NCBI GenBank assembly: GCA_951406725.2
Contig: OX597819.1
Span: 63,178,001 to 63,242,000, forward strand
Source: Octopus vulgaris
Taxonomy: Eukaryota
Direction: 5' to 3'
DNA: 64,000 nucleotides
Of this stretch, positions 28,434 through 41,567 are shown one piece after another (position 1 is the stretch's first letter; each line of letters starts with the position of its first letter). Below the pieces are notes generated by a model. That model saw only the letters and a program-made list of their open reading frames with translations. It was not told the DNA's origin and made no database searches. Made by a program: the position numbers and the translations under genes.

Positions 28434-29057
28434 TATACATATACGTATATATATATATATATTAATAAATGAGTCAGTAATTCAAACGATTCAAACAAGC
28501 ACTTTATAATATTGTTCAGCAACCATAAACTATTCTTACTCACATTCTCTCCCTCTTCTCTCATTTTCTCTCTCTCTCTCTCTCACTCTCTATTACCCAT
28601 TGTGTGTATATATATATTTACACACAAACACGGACACTCATACACACGCGGGCACACACAAACACACGAACACACAAGCACACACATATCTGTATGTTTG
28701 TATTAGAATTTCTTTGTGTGTTAGAACAGAAAATAACCACACACTAGAACGAAGAACTCAATACTACAATTTAATACACTGTTATATATTCATTTATTAA
28801 AGGTAGACAAAGGAACTATTGCTTTCCTTATCGATCTGTATATCCATCCTTCAGTGTTTGCATTTCTATGTATGTATTTATGATTGAGAACAAATCCGTT
28901 AGTGAGGCCCTGGTTTAGGAATACAAGTGCTTTTGAAGAATATGAATTCACGTCTTAGCCAATATTGTTCTGAGACACAACCTATTAGGGTTAATTTGCA
29001 TGGGATACACTGGTATATATAATTATTTGTTTATTGCACATAAGTCGTTAAATTAAG

Positions 29058-29258
29058 AGGGGACAAACAAGGACAGACAAAGGGATTAAGTCGAATACAT
29101 CGATCAATCCCAGTGCGTAACTGGTATTTATTTAATCGACCCCGAAAGGATGAAAGGCAAAGTTGACCTCAGCAGGACTTGAACTCAGAACGTAACCACA
29201 GACGAAATACCGCTACGCATTTCGCCCGCCGTGCTAACGATTCTGCCAGATCGCTGCC
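29058..29258 (-). mobile_element. SINE family B
   Basis: ggacaaacaaggacagacaaa...ccccgaaaggatgaaaggcaaag...ttgaactcagaacgtaa. Confidence 0.85.
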
Positions 29259-29326
29259 CTACACTAGTATCTGTAATAAAAAAATACTCCATACATCTTT
29301 TCCTCCACTTATTTAATGAACTGTCC

Positions 29327-29403
<77 letters not shown>

Positions 29404-29486
29404 AATTAGAAAAATAACACATTTTATCAATTCAAAATGAAAATCTAAGTTACACCATCTAGAAAATTACATAAGTGGTTTTTCTA

Positions 29487-29531
<45 letters not shown>

Positions 29532-29807
29532 ATTTTGTGAAATTTGATTTAGTATTTCTAAATTGAATTTTTCCTTGTAAGTTAGGAATAATATTCCCTC
29601 AAATTATTATTATTATGATATATATATAAATATATATATAATTAATAGTTATCGCCATATTTATATGGCAGTCTTATAAATATAAGACTAAAGCTGTCGC
29701 TGATTAGCTCCAAGAGGCCACCGCCTCAAGCTAGCTATTTGACACTCAACCTGCGTCCATTATAAACCTTCGAACAGGGGAGGTCAGCCGTTTCATCCTG
29801 CCAGTCA

Positions 29808-29858
29808 GACAGCTGCAGACATGTTTCAGGGTATTTGCCCTTTATCAATGCAGGTGTC
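29808..29858 (-). ncRNA. Putative type I hammerhead ribozyme, U3-A8 core
   Basis: Minus strand gacacctgca-TTGATAA-aggg/caaata/ccct-GAAA-catg-TC-tgcagctgtc: 9 of 10 bp stem I, palindromic stem III, GUC site. Confidence 0.8.
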
Positions 29859-29884
29859 GCTACTGACTGTCCCTGTTCGAAGAA

Positions 29885-29934
29885 TCTATTTACCTAGTTT
29901 CAGTGGAATACATCCACTTGTTTTCAATAATAGA
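29885..29934 (-). ncRNA. Second, atypical hammerhead-like motif upstream in tandem
   Basis: Minus strand tctatt-aTTGAAAAca-agtgga/tgtat/tccact-GAAA-ctagg-TA-aataga: 6-bp stems I and II, but an over-long core strand. Confidence 0.5.
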
Positions 29935-30639
29935 AATATTAAAATTACTAAGTCTCTCTAAAGGAGATTACATACATCCGCTTTGACAAACGCATATAAG
30001 AGGTAACAAACAACACAACACAAATGGGGACAGGTAGCATAAATAATTAAATGAATAAACGATTTGTCACGCAAATGTACATATACATACGTTGGGCCCA
30101 ATTCATTCAATCGTGTTCGTGCATCTGAACATCTTAGTTTCAACCATGGGCAACATTTGTTTGAGGATCTGCAGCTCTTTTGCCCCCACTAGTAAATATT
30201 GCATTTCAATACCACCGCTGTTTATCCAGGTAAAACCACTGAATTGGATCGATACCCGCTGGTAATGAATTGTTGCATGCGTTGCTGCTGGCATGCATTA
30301 AACGTGAACCTGTACCGTAAGACAAATGATGCGATTCTATAACATTTCTGCTAATACACTGCTCTTAATTTGTAATTTCTGTTTAGCTCGAAATGATAAT
30401 TCACATCAAATTAGAGTGAAGAGCGCAAGAACAAACAAACAGCGCATTCTGTACAACTGTGTGCCAATTCATTCCTTGTTCATACATACATGCGTAAAAT
30501 ACATACACTCACACATATATTCAGACACAAACACATATTTATATACATTTACCTACACACACGCGCGCACTCACACACGCGCGCACATACACACGCAAGC
30601 ACACACACACGCAAGCACACGCGCATTCTTCGGTTGTGT

Positions 30640-30912
30640 GTCAAGAAGGCTTCCAATGGTCTCATGCAAGCAAGACGCAACGCCACAACCCCGGTTGAGC
30701 ACATTTGGTCTTTGAAAGAAAGCGTCACACAGTACAACATAAAGTAGAAGATCCTGAAGTTGTGTAAACCGCACTTCAATAGCAGTAGGAGATGCAAATT
30801 GTGCCTGGCTGACAAGTGAGCGATTTTAAAAGGTACCCAACACCCGGATGTTTACCTGAGTAGCAGGAGTGAAGTGCTTAAACCTTGTCCACATGAAAGG
30901 AACTACATTCTA
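30640..30912 (+). pseudogene. Penelope-like (Naiad-like) GIY-YIG endonuclease C-terminus, decayed
   Basis: Translates HIWSLKESVTQYNIK*KILKLCKPHFNSSRRCKLCLADK* and then LSSRSEVLKPCPH, matching the HIW / CxxC / LNxRxE..CxH pattern of PLE endonucleases. Confidence 0.75.
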
Positions 30913-31372
30913 TCGTACCTCCGGCCTACCATGACTGCAACCACAGGTTCTCGACCTCGGCCTTTCACCGATACCCTCGAACCCAGCAAAGAATTTGACC
31001 AGAGCATACACCAATGTACTCATGTACGAACGCCCCAGCAAGGCTAACATAACCCCCTCCTTATGGCCTTTACCAATACAGAAAGAAAACGGACTAAGGA
31101 ACATAGTTATATATACTCTGGATAATATTAAACGTATGTCACCATTACACATATCACATACCCCAACCCTACAGGGGCACCATACTTAATAACGCAGGAA
31201 ACATTTCAAAATAATTTTTACCGGCTTTACAGGCATATAACTAAGGCATATAACTCCTGACCTAATACCCTGCCCTTTTTCGTTTCACCATCTTTTTCAC
31301 AACAACCACAAACCAGATGTGTCGTTTTACCTGCGACAATAGAGAGCACTCGCCATATTCCTTTCCATGTCG

Positions 31373-31462
31373 GCTAACTCTGATGAGCGTTATGTTACAT
31401 AATCCGATCGTTACATAACACTCCGTTGTATTCTTAGCGCGAAACCGATTGGTAAGATCAGT
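31373..31462 (+). ncRNA. Putative type I hammerhead ribozyme in the PLE 3' region
   Basis: CTGATGA (31380-31386), stem II gcgtta/tagcgc, GAAA (31441-31444), CCGATTGG, GUA site 31452-31454; stem I partly decayed. Confidence 0.7.
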
Positions 31463-31569
31463 GTGTGATGGCTCTATATTAGAGTACATTTCGGGTAGTA
31501 TACCCAATCTATTGACAGATATACGAGTGCATCCTTTCCCTGACTTATGGACTCTTAGTCGACTCGCGA

Positions 31570-31624
<55 letters not shown>

Positions 31625-31626
<2 letters not shown>

Positions 31627-32230
31627 TAAACAGTAAAAATAATTACAGACATGGACAAGAACATGAAACACCACAGAGACGACACAAGAACCACAGGACG
31701 GGACATTCGAAGCCCTCAGTCATCAGTCAAGAACCAGATCATCTTAGCAATTTCGGCTGATTAATCTTGAGATTGCTCCGATATGGGCAGCCCGCCAAGG
31801 GAAATCTAAGCCAAGCGCATTAGATCCCCTGGAAGAAAGCTTCGAATGTATACAACACGAGGACGGAAAACGAACGAAGTACACGAACAAAAATACAGAA
31901 TACGTGACACCAATAAGAATACAAAAACGTAAAAACAATAACGGTAAAAATAAAAAATAAACAACAAAACAAAACCAGGACGTAGGACAAGGGTCTTTCG
32001 ACAGGACGAGTTGAGTATGGGGCTGGCTTATGAAGTTGTGCCTAATGGCCGCAGGGAGACGAACAAATACGTGTTGCTTCGGCGGCTGCTGGAACGAAAA
32101 GAGCGCTCAACAGCGGCTAGCGGTCACGTGAGAACAAAAGACAGGAGAAAGGGACAGATGAAAAGAGAGAGAAGGTGGACGAGGGAGGAGAAGAAAGAGA
32201 CAGATCGAGGGGGCTGGAGGTGAGAGAGAT
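31625..32230 (-). mobile_element. Dispersed repeat, same family as 916-1335
   Basis: Inverted homology through cggtcac (32121-32127), followed by a GA-rich tract. Confidence 0.6.
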
Positions 32231-32305
32231 AGAGAAACATCTGTGAGTGAGTGTGTGTGTGTATGTTCTTGAATACTTTATAAACATCTTCCACGTTGCA
32301 ACTGT

Positions 32306-32365
<60 letters not shown>

Positions 32366-33079
32366 CAGACAGAGAAAGGGAGAGAAAGAGGGAAAAATAA
32401 AGACAAAAGAAGAGAAAGAGAGAGAGAAAGAAGGAGTAAGTGAAACACATACACATAAATGTACAGGCATATTTAGAAAGGCGGGAATGAACATGAAAAA
32501 GGAAAGGAAGTCAGAAAAATAAGCAGGTTATATATTCTATAAAATTTTCAGCAGGAATCATTCTAACTTATATGAAACATATTTAATTTGAATTCCAAGA
32601 GAATTTTTCCAATATTCTGATGAAGGAATAACTCTTATATTAGGTATTGTACTGGACTATTATTAAGAATGTACCTAAGGCAGTAAATAAGTTTATCGCC
32701 AGGTATTGAGAGAAAAGAATAAATCTTGTGGTATGTTATTAAGTTTTTAGGAGCCTATGGTATAAGATTGGAGACACGTGTAACTTATTGCATATTAAGA
32801 AAGAGAATTAAAGAAAATTAATGCGGTAATTGAAGTTATGTGATAATATCGACGGAACGTTTAGGTCGGATTTAAGAGAGACGAGGAGACACGTTTCACG
32901 AGGCAGAGTATTTTAAGGGACGGAACGATAATATAACAGGTTGTTTGGAAAGACTTAAAGAGTAAACGTTTCAGCTTAGTTTTGTTTATCTCACTGTCTA
33001 GGAAAGAAAAGAAAACATGAATATATATGTGTGTGTGCGTGTGAGAGTGTGTGTGTGCGCAAATATGTATGTATGTGTT

Positions 33080-33137
<58 letters not shown>

Positions 33138-33218
33138 ATTATAATTTTATTTTGGAAAACATAGATCGCGTTGAAGTGACCACGTCGAACCCGAGGTGCC
33201 ATACATTGTACCTCTATA

Positions 33219-33283
<65 letters not shown>

Positions 33284-33292
33284 ATCTGTCCG

Positions 33293-33411
<119 letters not shown>

Positions 33412-33932
33412 CTCTAGCTATCTATCTATAGATACTAAGTAATTAAGGGTTTAGCAACGAATTGCCTCACCAACACACCGAATTTAGAAATAGCAGTCAA
33501 AGATATATAGCTATTCCTTCTACTAAAAGGGGGATCTCAGTAAAAACACAGCACTTGATTTCCTCGAATGGGGCTTTTACATGCCGAAATCTACTTGGTG
33601 TAATTGATAATTATCCCTAATTAATTAATTTCACCCTTTATTATTACTGATATCTATAGATAGATAGATAGATACATATATACATACATAATACATACAT
33701 AATACATACATATATACACATACAATCTCATGCACTCTCACATACACACGTACATATTTATGCATGTATATATTCTTATTTTAATTGTTGTATTTCTGAT
33801 ACACTTTTTCTTGCCTTTTCATATTCTCTGTTTCTCTCTTTCTCTCTTTCTCTCTGTCTCTCTCTGTCTCTCTCTGTCTCTCTCTCTCTCTCTCCCGCGT
33901 ATAATTATCGTCTCGATGTTTTTCTGTTATTA

Positions 33933-34138
33933 AGGATGCGAGCTGGCGGAATCGTTAGCACACCGGACGAAATGCTTAATGCTATATCGTGTGTCTTTAC
34001 GTTCTGAGTCCAAATTCCTCCGTGGTCAAGTTTTTCTTTTAGGGTCGATAAAATATGTACCAGTTGCGTACTGGGGTCGATTGTAATCGACTGGCCCCCT
34101 CCCCCAAAATTTCGAGCCTTGTGCCTAGAGTAGAAAAG
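33933..34138 (+). mobile_element. SINE family B, tail type 2
   Basis: gcgagctggcggaatcgttagcac...ccccctcccccaaaatttcgagccttgtgcctagagtagaaaag. Confidence 0.85.
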
Positions 34139-34649
34139 TATTTTTCCGTTAGTTTACTGGTTTTTCTTTTTACTTACTTCCACCTTTATATGTAAGGAAC
34201 CTACAAAGCATCACTTAACTCAGTGTGAGAGCACATCTATTCATACCAGAGCTATAGAATACTACTCTTATGTAATACCCCTCAAGCATTACGTAACTTT
34301 GCATATGGAAACATTTATATGCTTGAGTGTCACTAGTAATAAAGATGTGCTAAATAACATCCATACCTTATCTGGATTATATCTTTATATGTTATCGTTT
34401 GTTTTAGTCATAAGACTGCGGCGAAACAAGGACATCACGAATGAATTGCCAGCAGTACTTATTTGTTTACTACTGGTATTCATTCTGCCAGTCATTTTTG
34501 GCGAGCCGCTAGGTTAGGAGGACGTAAACATACAAAACACCAGCTGTCAAGAGGTGGTGGGGGATAGACACAAACTCTAACACATACACACTCTCTCGCA
34601 CACACACTCACACACACACACAAATACAAGAGGTTTTCAGCTTCTTACT

Positions 34650-35062
34650 TATTTACTGCCCACACGGGGCTACACAGAGAGGAGACAAACAAGGAGAGAC
34701 AAACGGATTAAGTCGATTATATCGATCCCATTGCGTAACAGGTACGTATTTAATCGACCCCGAAAGGATGAAAGGCAAAGTCGACTTCGGCGGAATTTGA
34801 ACTTAAAACGTGACGGCAGACGAAATACCTATTTCTTTACTACCCACAAGGGGCTAAACTCAGAGACGACAAACAAGGACAGACAAACGGATTAAGTCGA
34901 TTACATCGACCCCAGTGCGTAACTGGTACTTATTTAATCGCCCCCGAGAGCATGAAAGGCAAAGTCGACCTCGGCGGAATTTGAACTCAGAACGTAACGG
35001 CAGACGAAATACCGCTAAGCATTTCGCCCGGCGTGCTAACGTTTCTGCCAGCTTGCCGCCTT
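34650..35062 (-). mobile_element. SINE family B dimer
   Basis: Two tandem units joined at gacgaaatacc|tatttcttt (~34830). Confidence 0.9.
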
Positions 35063-36139
35063 TTCAGTTTTCAGTTTCTGCCTACCAAATCCACTCACAA
35101 TGATTTGATTGGTTCAAGGCTACAGCAGAAAGCATTTAGCCGAGGTGCCACATAATGAAACAGGAACCCTGTGCTTGGGAAGCAAACTTTTCATCATATA
35201 GCCACGCCTATATATATATATATATATATGTGTGTGTACTTTTGTTCATATGAGTGAGTGTGTGATTGTGTGTATGTGACTGTGTGTATTATGTTCATAT
35301 GAGTGTGTGATTGTGTGTATGTGACTGTGTGTATTATGTGTATGTGAGCCTGTGTGTGCATTTGTGCATATGTGCGTATATTATAATACATACACGTAAT
35401 ACATATAGCCCTGCAAAGAACGTACAAATTAACTGACTTGTAACTCCGCATCCAGATTTCTGCAGGAACGAATCGCAGTTGACTGGCATAGACTTTCTAT
35501 CAGAAATCTCCAAAATAGAATAAAAAAGACAAAAAACAAAAACAAAATTCCTCTGTCGTATAAAAAAAAAAACCCTCGTTTGAAGTGGTTATCAGTTCTC
35601 TTAGACTTCTTTTCTGCTTGATATTTACCTATGAAATCTTTAACCATGAAGACAATGAGATACGTGAAGTGCAGAGATATGTCACTGTAACCCAATAAGG
35701 TACTGATGTTTCGTCATTTTCACTAATTCATTTTGTTATTGCAAGAGAATGTCATTCCAGACTCAAATTCAATCAATCTTGTAGAACTGTAGAGATTTGT
35801 CTTTTATGTTCGCTTTAGACACCGGGAATCATCAGCCGGTTCTAAGTGCCATCAGTGAAATCAATATTGCATGTCATTGAACAGAGATTGACTAACCAAC
35901 AAATAATAAGACGTCCATCAGCTGACAAGCCGTAGCAGTACTATACATACATATATACATGTATTTTTGTATGTATCTATGTATGTATATATTTATGTAT
36001 GTATATATATATATAAATATGTACACACACACACACACTCACACATATATGTGTACAACTTACATTTATATAAGTATGTATATATACGCATATGCATGTA
36101 TAAAGACGCATACATAGAACATCCATCCTCATATATATG

Positions 36140-36224
<85 letters not shown>

Positions 36225-36510
36225 CAGGTGCAGCATATATGCATATATATCCAGTATTCATTATTTCACAAGAGAAAATATTTAAGATGTTAGTTGATAT
36301 AAGTTTACAGGTTGATGGTTGTATTTATTGACTGCGTTTTATAATATATTTACAAATCAAAATGATCATCTTTGCTTTCATCATAGACTTTAAGAATTAT
36401 GTTTGAATAATAAGTGTATTGGTATATTTAAATTATGAGTAAATATATATATATGCCGCACCAGGTATTTCTTTTATCTGTTAATGCTTTCAGAGAGATA
36501 TAGAGATATA

Positions 36511-36972
36511 TTGGGTTGTCCGGAAAGTTCGTGCCAATTTTTAAAGGAAAGAAAAAGGTCAATAAATATTTGCCATTACCCAAGCTTAAGCAGGTGCTCA
36601 TGAACGACGGATTTTGATAGGTTGGGCCTTTCTGCCAATTCTCGGGTTGTGCAATGAGGGTTATTTTCAATTAGTGACTTAATTTTGTCATCATCTGTAG
36701 TTGATAGTCTGCCTGATCGCTCTTTATCAATAAGGCTACAATCTCCAGTTCGGAACATTGCAAACCACTTCTGTACAGTTATTTCGTATAAAGAAACATC
36801 ACCGTAAACTGCGCATATTTCTTTAGTTGTTTGTGAGGCATTTTTCCCTTTACGGAAAAAGAAAGGCATCAAGTGCCTAAAATGAACTTTCTTGTCTTCC
36901 AATTTAAAGGATTACAGAATTAACACAGGTTTTAGGAACATAAACCTTCTTCCAGGAAAAGATAGCTTAAAC
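36511..36972 (-). mobile_element. Internally deleted mariner transposon with transposase N-terminal HTH fragment (36576-36902)
   Basis: MEDKKVHFRH...ICAVYG...TVQKWFAMFRTGD.SL.DKERSGR...TTRELAE; TIR-like ttgggttgtccggaaagttcgtgcc after TA at 36511; no DDD domain; second TIR not seen. Confidence 0.85.
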
Positions 36973-36991
36973 AATGTGTGTGTGTGTGTGT

Positions 36992-37023
<32 letters not shown>

Positions 37024-37391
37024 AATTAGGATAAAAATATGATAAAACAACATGATAAAACAACGCGGAGACGTGTTACATGCAAAGTATTAATAAGTCG
37101 CTCGCGGAAGGAAAAGAAGGGTGTTATACGTTTCGAGCAAAGTTCTTCTTCATAAACAGGAGACAGAGGAAAGTCGAAAAGAAAAGGAAGATGGAGGAAA
37201 AAAATTCGCCAGCAATCCACATGTAGTTACACTTTGGATCATACATTTCGCCGAGGTCGTCTTTCATCCTTTCGACGTCGATAAATAAGTCTCAGTTGAA
37301 CACTGGTAATATAATTCCCTTATCCTTCTCCTGAAATTGCTGTCCCCGTGACAAAATTTGAAATCAATATAATGTATATTATATACTCATT

Positions 37392-37462
<71 letters not shown>

Positions 37463-37468
37463 CACATA

Positions 37469-37570
<102 letters not shown>

Positions 37571-37980
37571 CATACATATATATAAATTATTCAAAGTGAG
37601 TTAGAGGTTGTGAATCCAACCAACTAAGGGATAGTATGTATCCAATATACTGCTGGTAGAATACCCACTTAACACACAAGTGTTGGTTATTGCGTGACAG
37701 TTACATTACTAGGCGAGGGTGATAAGTGATTTTACCTTTGATTTATATCGGAAGAAGAAAATGGAGGGAGTCCAGAGGTAGTATTCATGAGCTGTTAGAC
37801 ACTATATTATGTATATTTATTTATTTAAAACAGTTCTGATAATATATATATATATATACATGTGTAAAGTACTAGAACTTTCTAGAATAGAGAAAGAAGA
37901 GTGGTTTCTTACACCTGTTTCTGCCAAGAGACCACAGTACCCCACATGTTATTTCCATCTTTTCAGTGTACTTTAGTGAT

Positions 37981-38093
37981 ATTTAGATAAATTTAGGGTA
38001 CTTGGGTATACCTCTAGACTACCTCAGAAAGTTTATAAGATACCCAAGAAGTTCATAGGGTTAATTAATGCATATATAAATACACACACATAT

Positions 38094-38161
<68 letters not shown>

Positions 38162-38192
38162 ATATATATATATATATATATATACATACATA

Positions 38193-38250
<58 letters not shown>

Positions 38251-38369
38251 TATGTATGTGTGTATATATATATATATGCATAAAGTAGCCCTCTGAACTT
38301 CTTGGACTATCTTATAAACTCTCTGACGAAGCCTAGAGTCATACCCAAGTACCCTAACTTTATGTACAT
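37981..38369. repeat. Diverged inverted repeat (~96-bp arms) around a (TA)n-rich tract
   Basis: ttagggtacttgggtat...gtttataagata..ccaagaagttca mirrored by tgaacttcttgg..tatcttataaac...atacccaagtaccctaa. Confidence 0.85.
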
Positions 38370-38372
38370 TCT

Positions 38373-38494
38373 CTAGGAATGATAAAAAAGGTACTGAAAC
38401 CTATTTGAAAATGATACCAGGTTTACCATCCCTACAAGAAATGCAAAAAATTGTGTTAACTGGAACGGCTCTGATACTGAGAAGAGCATTATAG
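38373..38494 (+). pseudogene. Short 3' fragment of an R4/Dong-like LINE
   Basis: [39 protein letters not shown] (one frameshift) aligns with the C-terminus of the 55086 ORF (LGMIKKYSDKYITKTPGL...QKIALLGTAHILRRAL). Confidence 0.75.
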
Positions 38495-38665
38495 CTGTGA
38501 AAACAACATCCATTCATGAATTTATCTATTAATTACATTTTTAAATACATATTTTGCTTGTGAATTTGCGCGTGTAATCTGAGAACGCATACACTGAGCT
38601 TCTCTGCCCAAGATGTACGGAAAACACTCGGCGAGAAACGGAAGAATTTTGAAGAAAAAAGGTGA

Positions 38666-38738
<73 letters not shown>

Positions 38739-39543
38739 TAAAAACAAGATTGGGTTAGTTTATGTGCAACTTCATTGTCTCCCTTGAAAAAAGGATGCCA
38801 ACAATGAGTTTGACGATGATGGCGATGATGACGACGACGACGACGATGATGATGATGATCATGATGACGATGACAATTACGATGATTCAACATTTTCAAG
38901 GCCATGCTGATTACTGCCATTCATCTACTCACGGGCATCATCCCAAATCCAATAAAATATCTCCTAACAAATCACACATTCAACAGAGTAAATCCTAACT
39001 AGAAATACGCTAAATCACAAGAAACAAGTAATAGTCAAGAAAATCAATGAACCTATAACAACCCAGGCAATACTTATTCGACATAATTACCACATTAACT
39101 GCTGGGAGAGACACTGAATTTAGTTATACTGAAGAAAGAGCAATAACACCTGAAGCATGCATGTACACCCATTTCTTGTTTTTTTCTATCATCGATCGCA
39201 TACTTTACATTAGACGTATGCGTGAACGAAAAGTCGAAAATTTCGGTGCTGACTCGACAATACAATACAAAACGATTTTCAATACAAGATTCTTAGAGAT
39301 GACTTTAAAAAGTTATCATGTAATACTATATTAAACACATACACAACAACCGCCTGGTACTGGAAACTCAGAATAATTTATGTAGCAGATGCGAAATATA
39401 TCTAACTGAACAAAACAAAAAGGCGCATTGTAAGAAAGCATTACATAACACTCATTTCAATATAGCCGAAGCACTTGTCTAATAATATTAGAAATTAGAA
39501 ACAACAAAACACAAAACCAGTCTCATATTGAAATAAAACACAG

Positions 39544-39579
<36 letters not shown>

Positions 39580-40172
39580 TTTGTGCTGGAATCTATTCAG
39601 AAACAAGACGTGTGCCAGTTTGTACCAGAGATTCACTGAAAAAAAAATTGCTTTTACTGCACTTTTGAATTTGAAAAGAAATATAGCTATTTACAAATGG
39701 TCACAACCTTACGAAAACTATACCTTCTAAGCAAATCACCTTCTCTAAATGTATTTAAAACTTTATAACATAATTTGAACACTATATCAGAAGATTATCT
39801 CCGTTCTCTTTGGCCACATAAAAAACAAATGCTACCAAAATGGACCAAAATGAGTCAGCTATGCAAGGGACATTTTCCTCTTCAATTCTACAGAATTATA
39901 TTTGAAAACAGACTCATACATATCAATATCCATCCCTAGACATCGGAGAGATTCGAAACACAAAAATATTGACAAATATCTGTCAAATGAAAGAGGATCA
40001 TAGAAAAATGGCACATGATATGAAATTGACGAAACTAAACAAAGTAAAAGAAAAATTAGCATAAAATAATCATCATAGTTTCTTCACGACATGCTGGAGT
40101 GACTTCCTTCCCGATATATTAGCGTACCATAGCACTAAAGAGAAGAAATTGATGTTAGTCATGGCTCGTTTT

Positions 40173-40401
40173 GTACTTCGTTATTGCCCACAAGAGGCTA
40201 AACATAGAGAGGAAAACAAGGACAGACAAACGAATGATTCAGTCGATTATATCTACCCCAGTGCGTAACTGGTACTTAATTTATCGATCCCAAAAGGATG
40301 AAAGGCAAAGTCAACCTCGGAGGAATTTGAACTCAGAACGTAACGGCAGACGAAATACCAATAAACATTTCGCCCGGCGTGCTAACGATTCTGCCAGCTC
40401 G
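40173..40401 (-). mobile_element. SINE family B with TSD
   Basis: Family B sequence flanked by tggctcgtttt at 40162-40172 and 40402-40412. Confidence 0.85.
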
Positions 40402-40723
40402 TGGCTCGTTTTAACCCACTTTACACGACATGATTTGAAAATAGAAAAATATCAAAGTAGACGTTATTGTGGAGAAACATATCGAACACAAAACAGAATA
40501 TAGATTGTTTAACACCAAAATTGATCTATATATATTATTAGCTACCTCAATTAAAATAGGAGCACATTTGAGGAAAATTTCCTGGGTAAAAAGAAGTACT
40601 CGTTACCTACGTTCCAAACACTCTCAACTATAATAACTACAACTATACTCACGAATTTTTACTTTTAAAGATGATGCAGCAGTACAAAATGATGATTCAA
40701 TATTGGTAATATGAGGTTTTTGA

Positions 40724-41120
40724 AGGCGCGAAGCTGGCAGAAACGTTAGCCTGCCGGGCGAAATACTTAGCAGTATTTCGTCTGCCGTTACGTTCTGAGT
40801 TCAAATTCCGCCGAGGTCGACTTTGCATTTCATCCTTTCGGGGTCGATAAATTAAGTACCAGTTACGCACTGTGGTCGATATAATCGACTTAATCCGTCT
40901 GTCTGTCCTTGTTTGTCTCCTCTGTGTGTAGCCCCTTGTGGGCAGTAAAGAAATAGGTATTTCGTCTGCCGCTACGTTCTGAGTTCAAATTCCGCCGAGA
41001 TCGACTTTGCATTTCATCCTTTCGGGGTCGATAAATTAAGTACCAGTTGCATATTGGGATCGATCCAGTCAACTGACCCCCATCCCTAAAATTTCGGGGC
41101 TTGTGCCTACAGTAGAAAAT
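40724..41120 (+). mobile_element. SINE family B dimer (tail 1, then tail 2)
   Basis: Junction aaagaaata|ggtatttcgtctgcc at ~40955. Confidence 0.9.
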
Positions 41121-41389
41121 AATATGAGAATTTCCAACAGCTAGGGAGAAATAAATGAGAAACACGAAATTACTCATTTTACTCCGGTTACTAATTGGAC
41201 GGAAAACTGTTGTATTCATTATGGCGTCGAGGGAAAGCTTTGCATGATTTAATCTCCCTGTCTCACCCTCTTTCTCTCTCTGCTAAAATCACTGAGAAGG
41301 ATGAATTGAAATTTGGAGCAGTCGCGGCCCTTAAACACATTTCAATTCAAGTAATGAATTGCATTGATTTGTTATTGTTGTTTTTGTTG

Positions 41390-41567
41390 TTGTTCTTCTT
41401 CTTCTTGTCCTTCTTGTTCTTGTTCTTGTTCTTGTTCTTCTTGTTCTTGTTCTTGTTCTTGTTCTTGTTCTTCTTGTTCTTGTTCTTCTTGTTCTTGTTC
41501 TTCTTGTTCTTGTTCTTCTGCTTGTTCTTGTTCTTCTTGTTCTTCTTGTTCTTCTTCTTCTTCTTGT
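41390..41567. repeat. (TTCTTG)/(TTC) compound microsatellite
   Basis: Direct reading. Confidence 0.95.

Noticed and set aside
39150-39720. Possible very old PLE endonuclease remnant
   Set aside because: Only faint motif echoes; too decayed to support without a profile search
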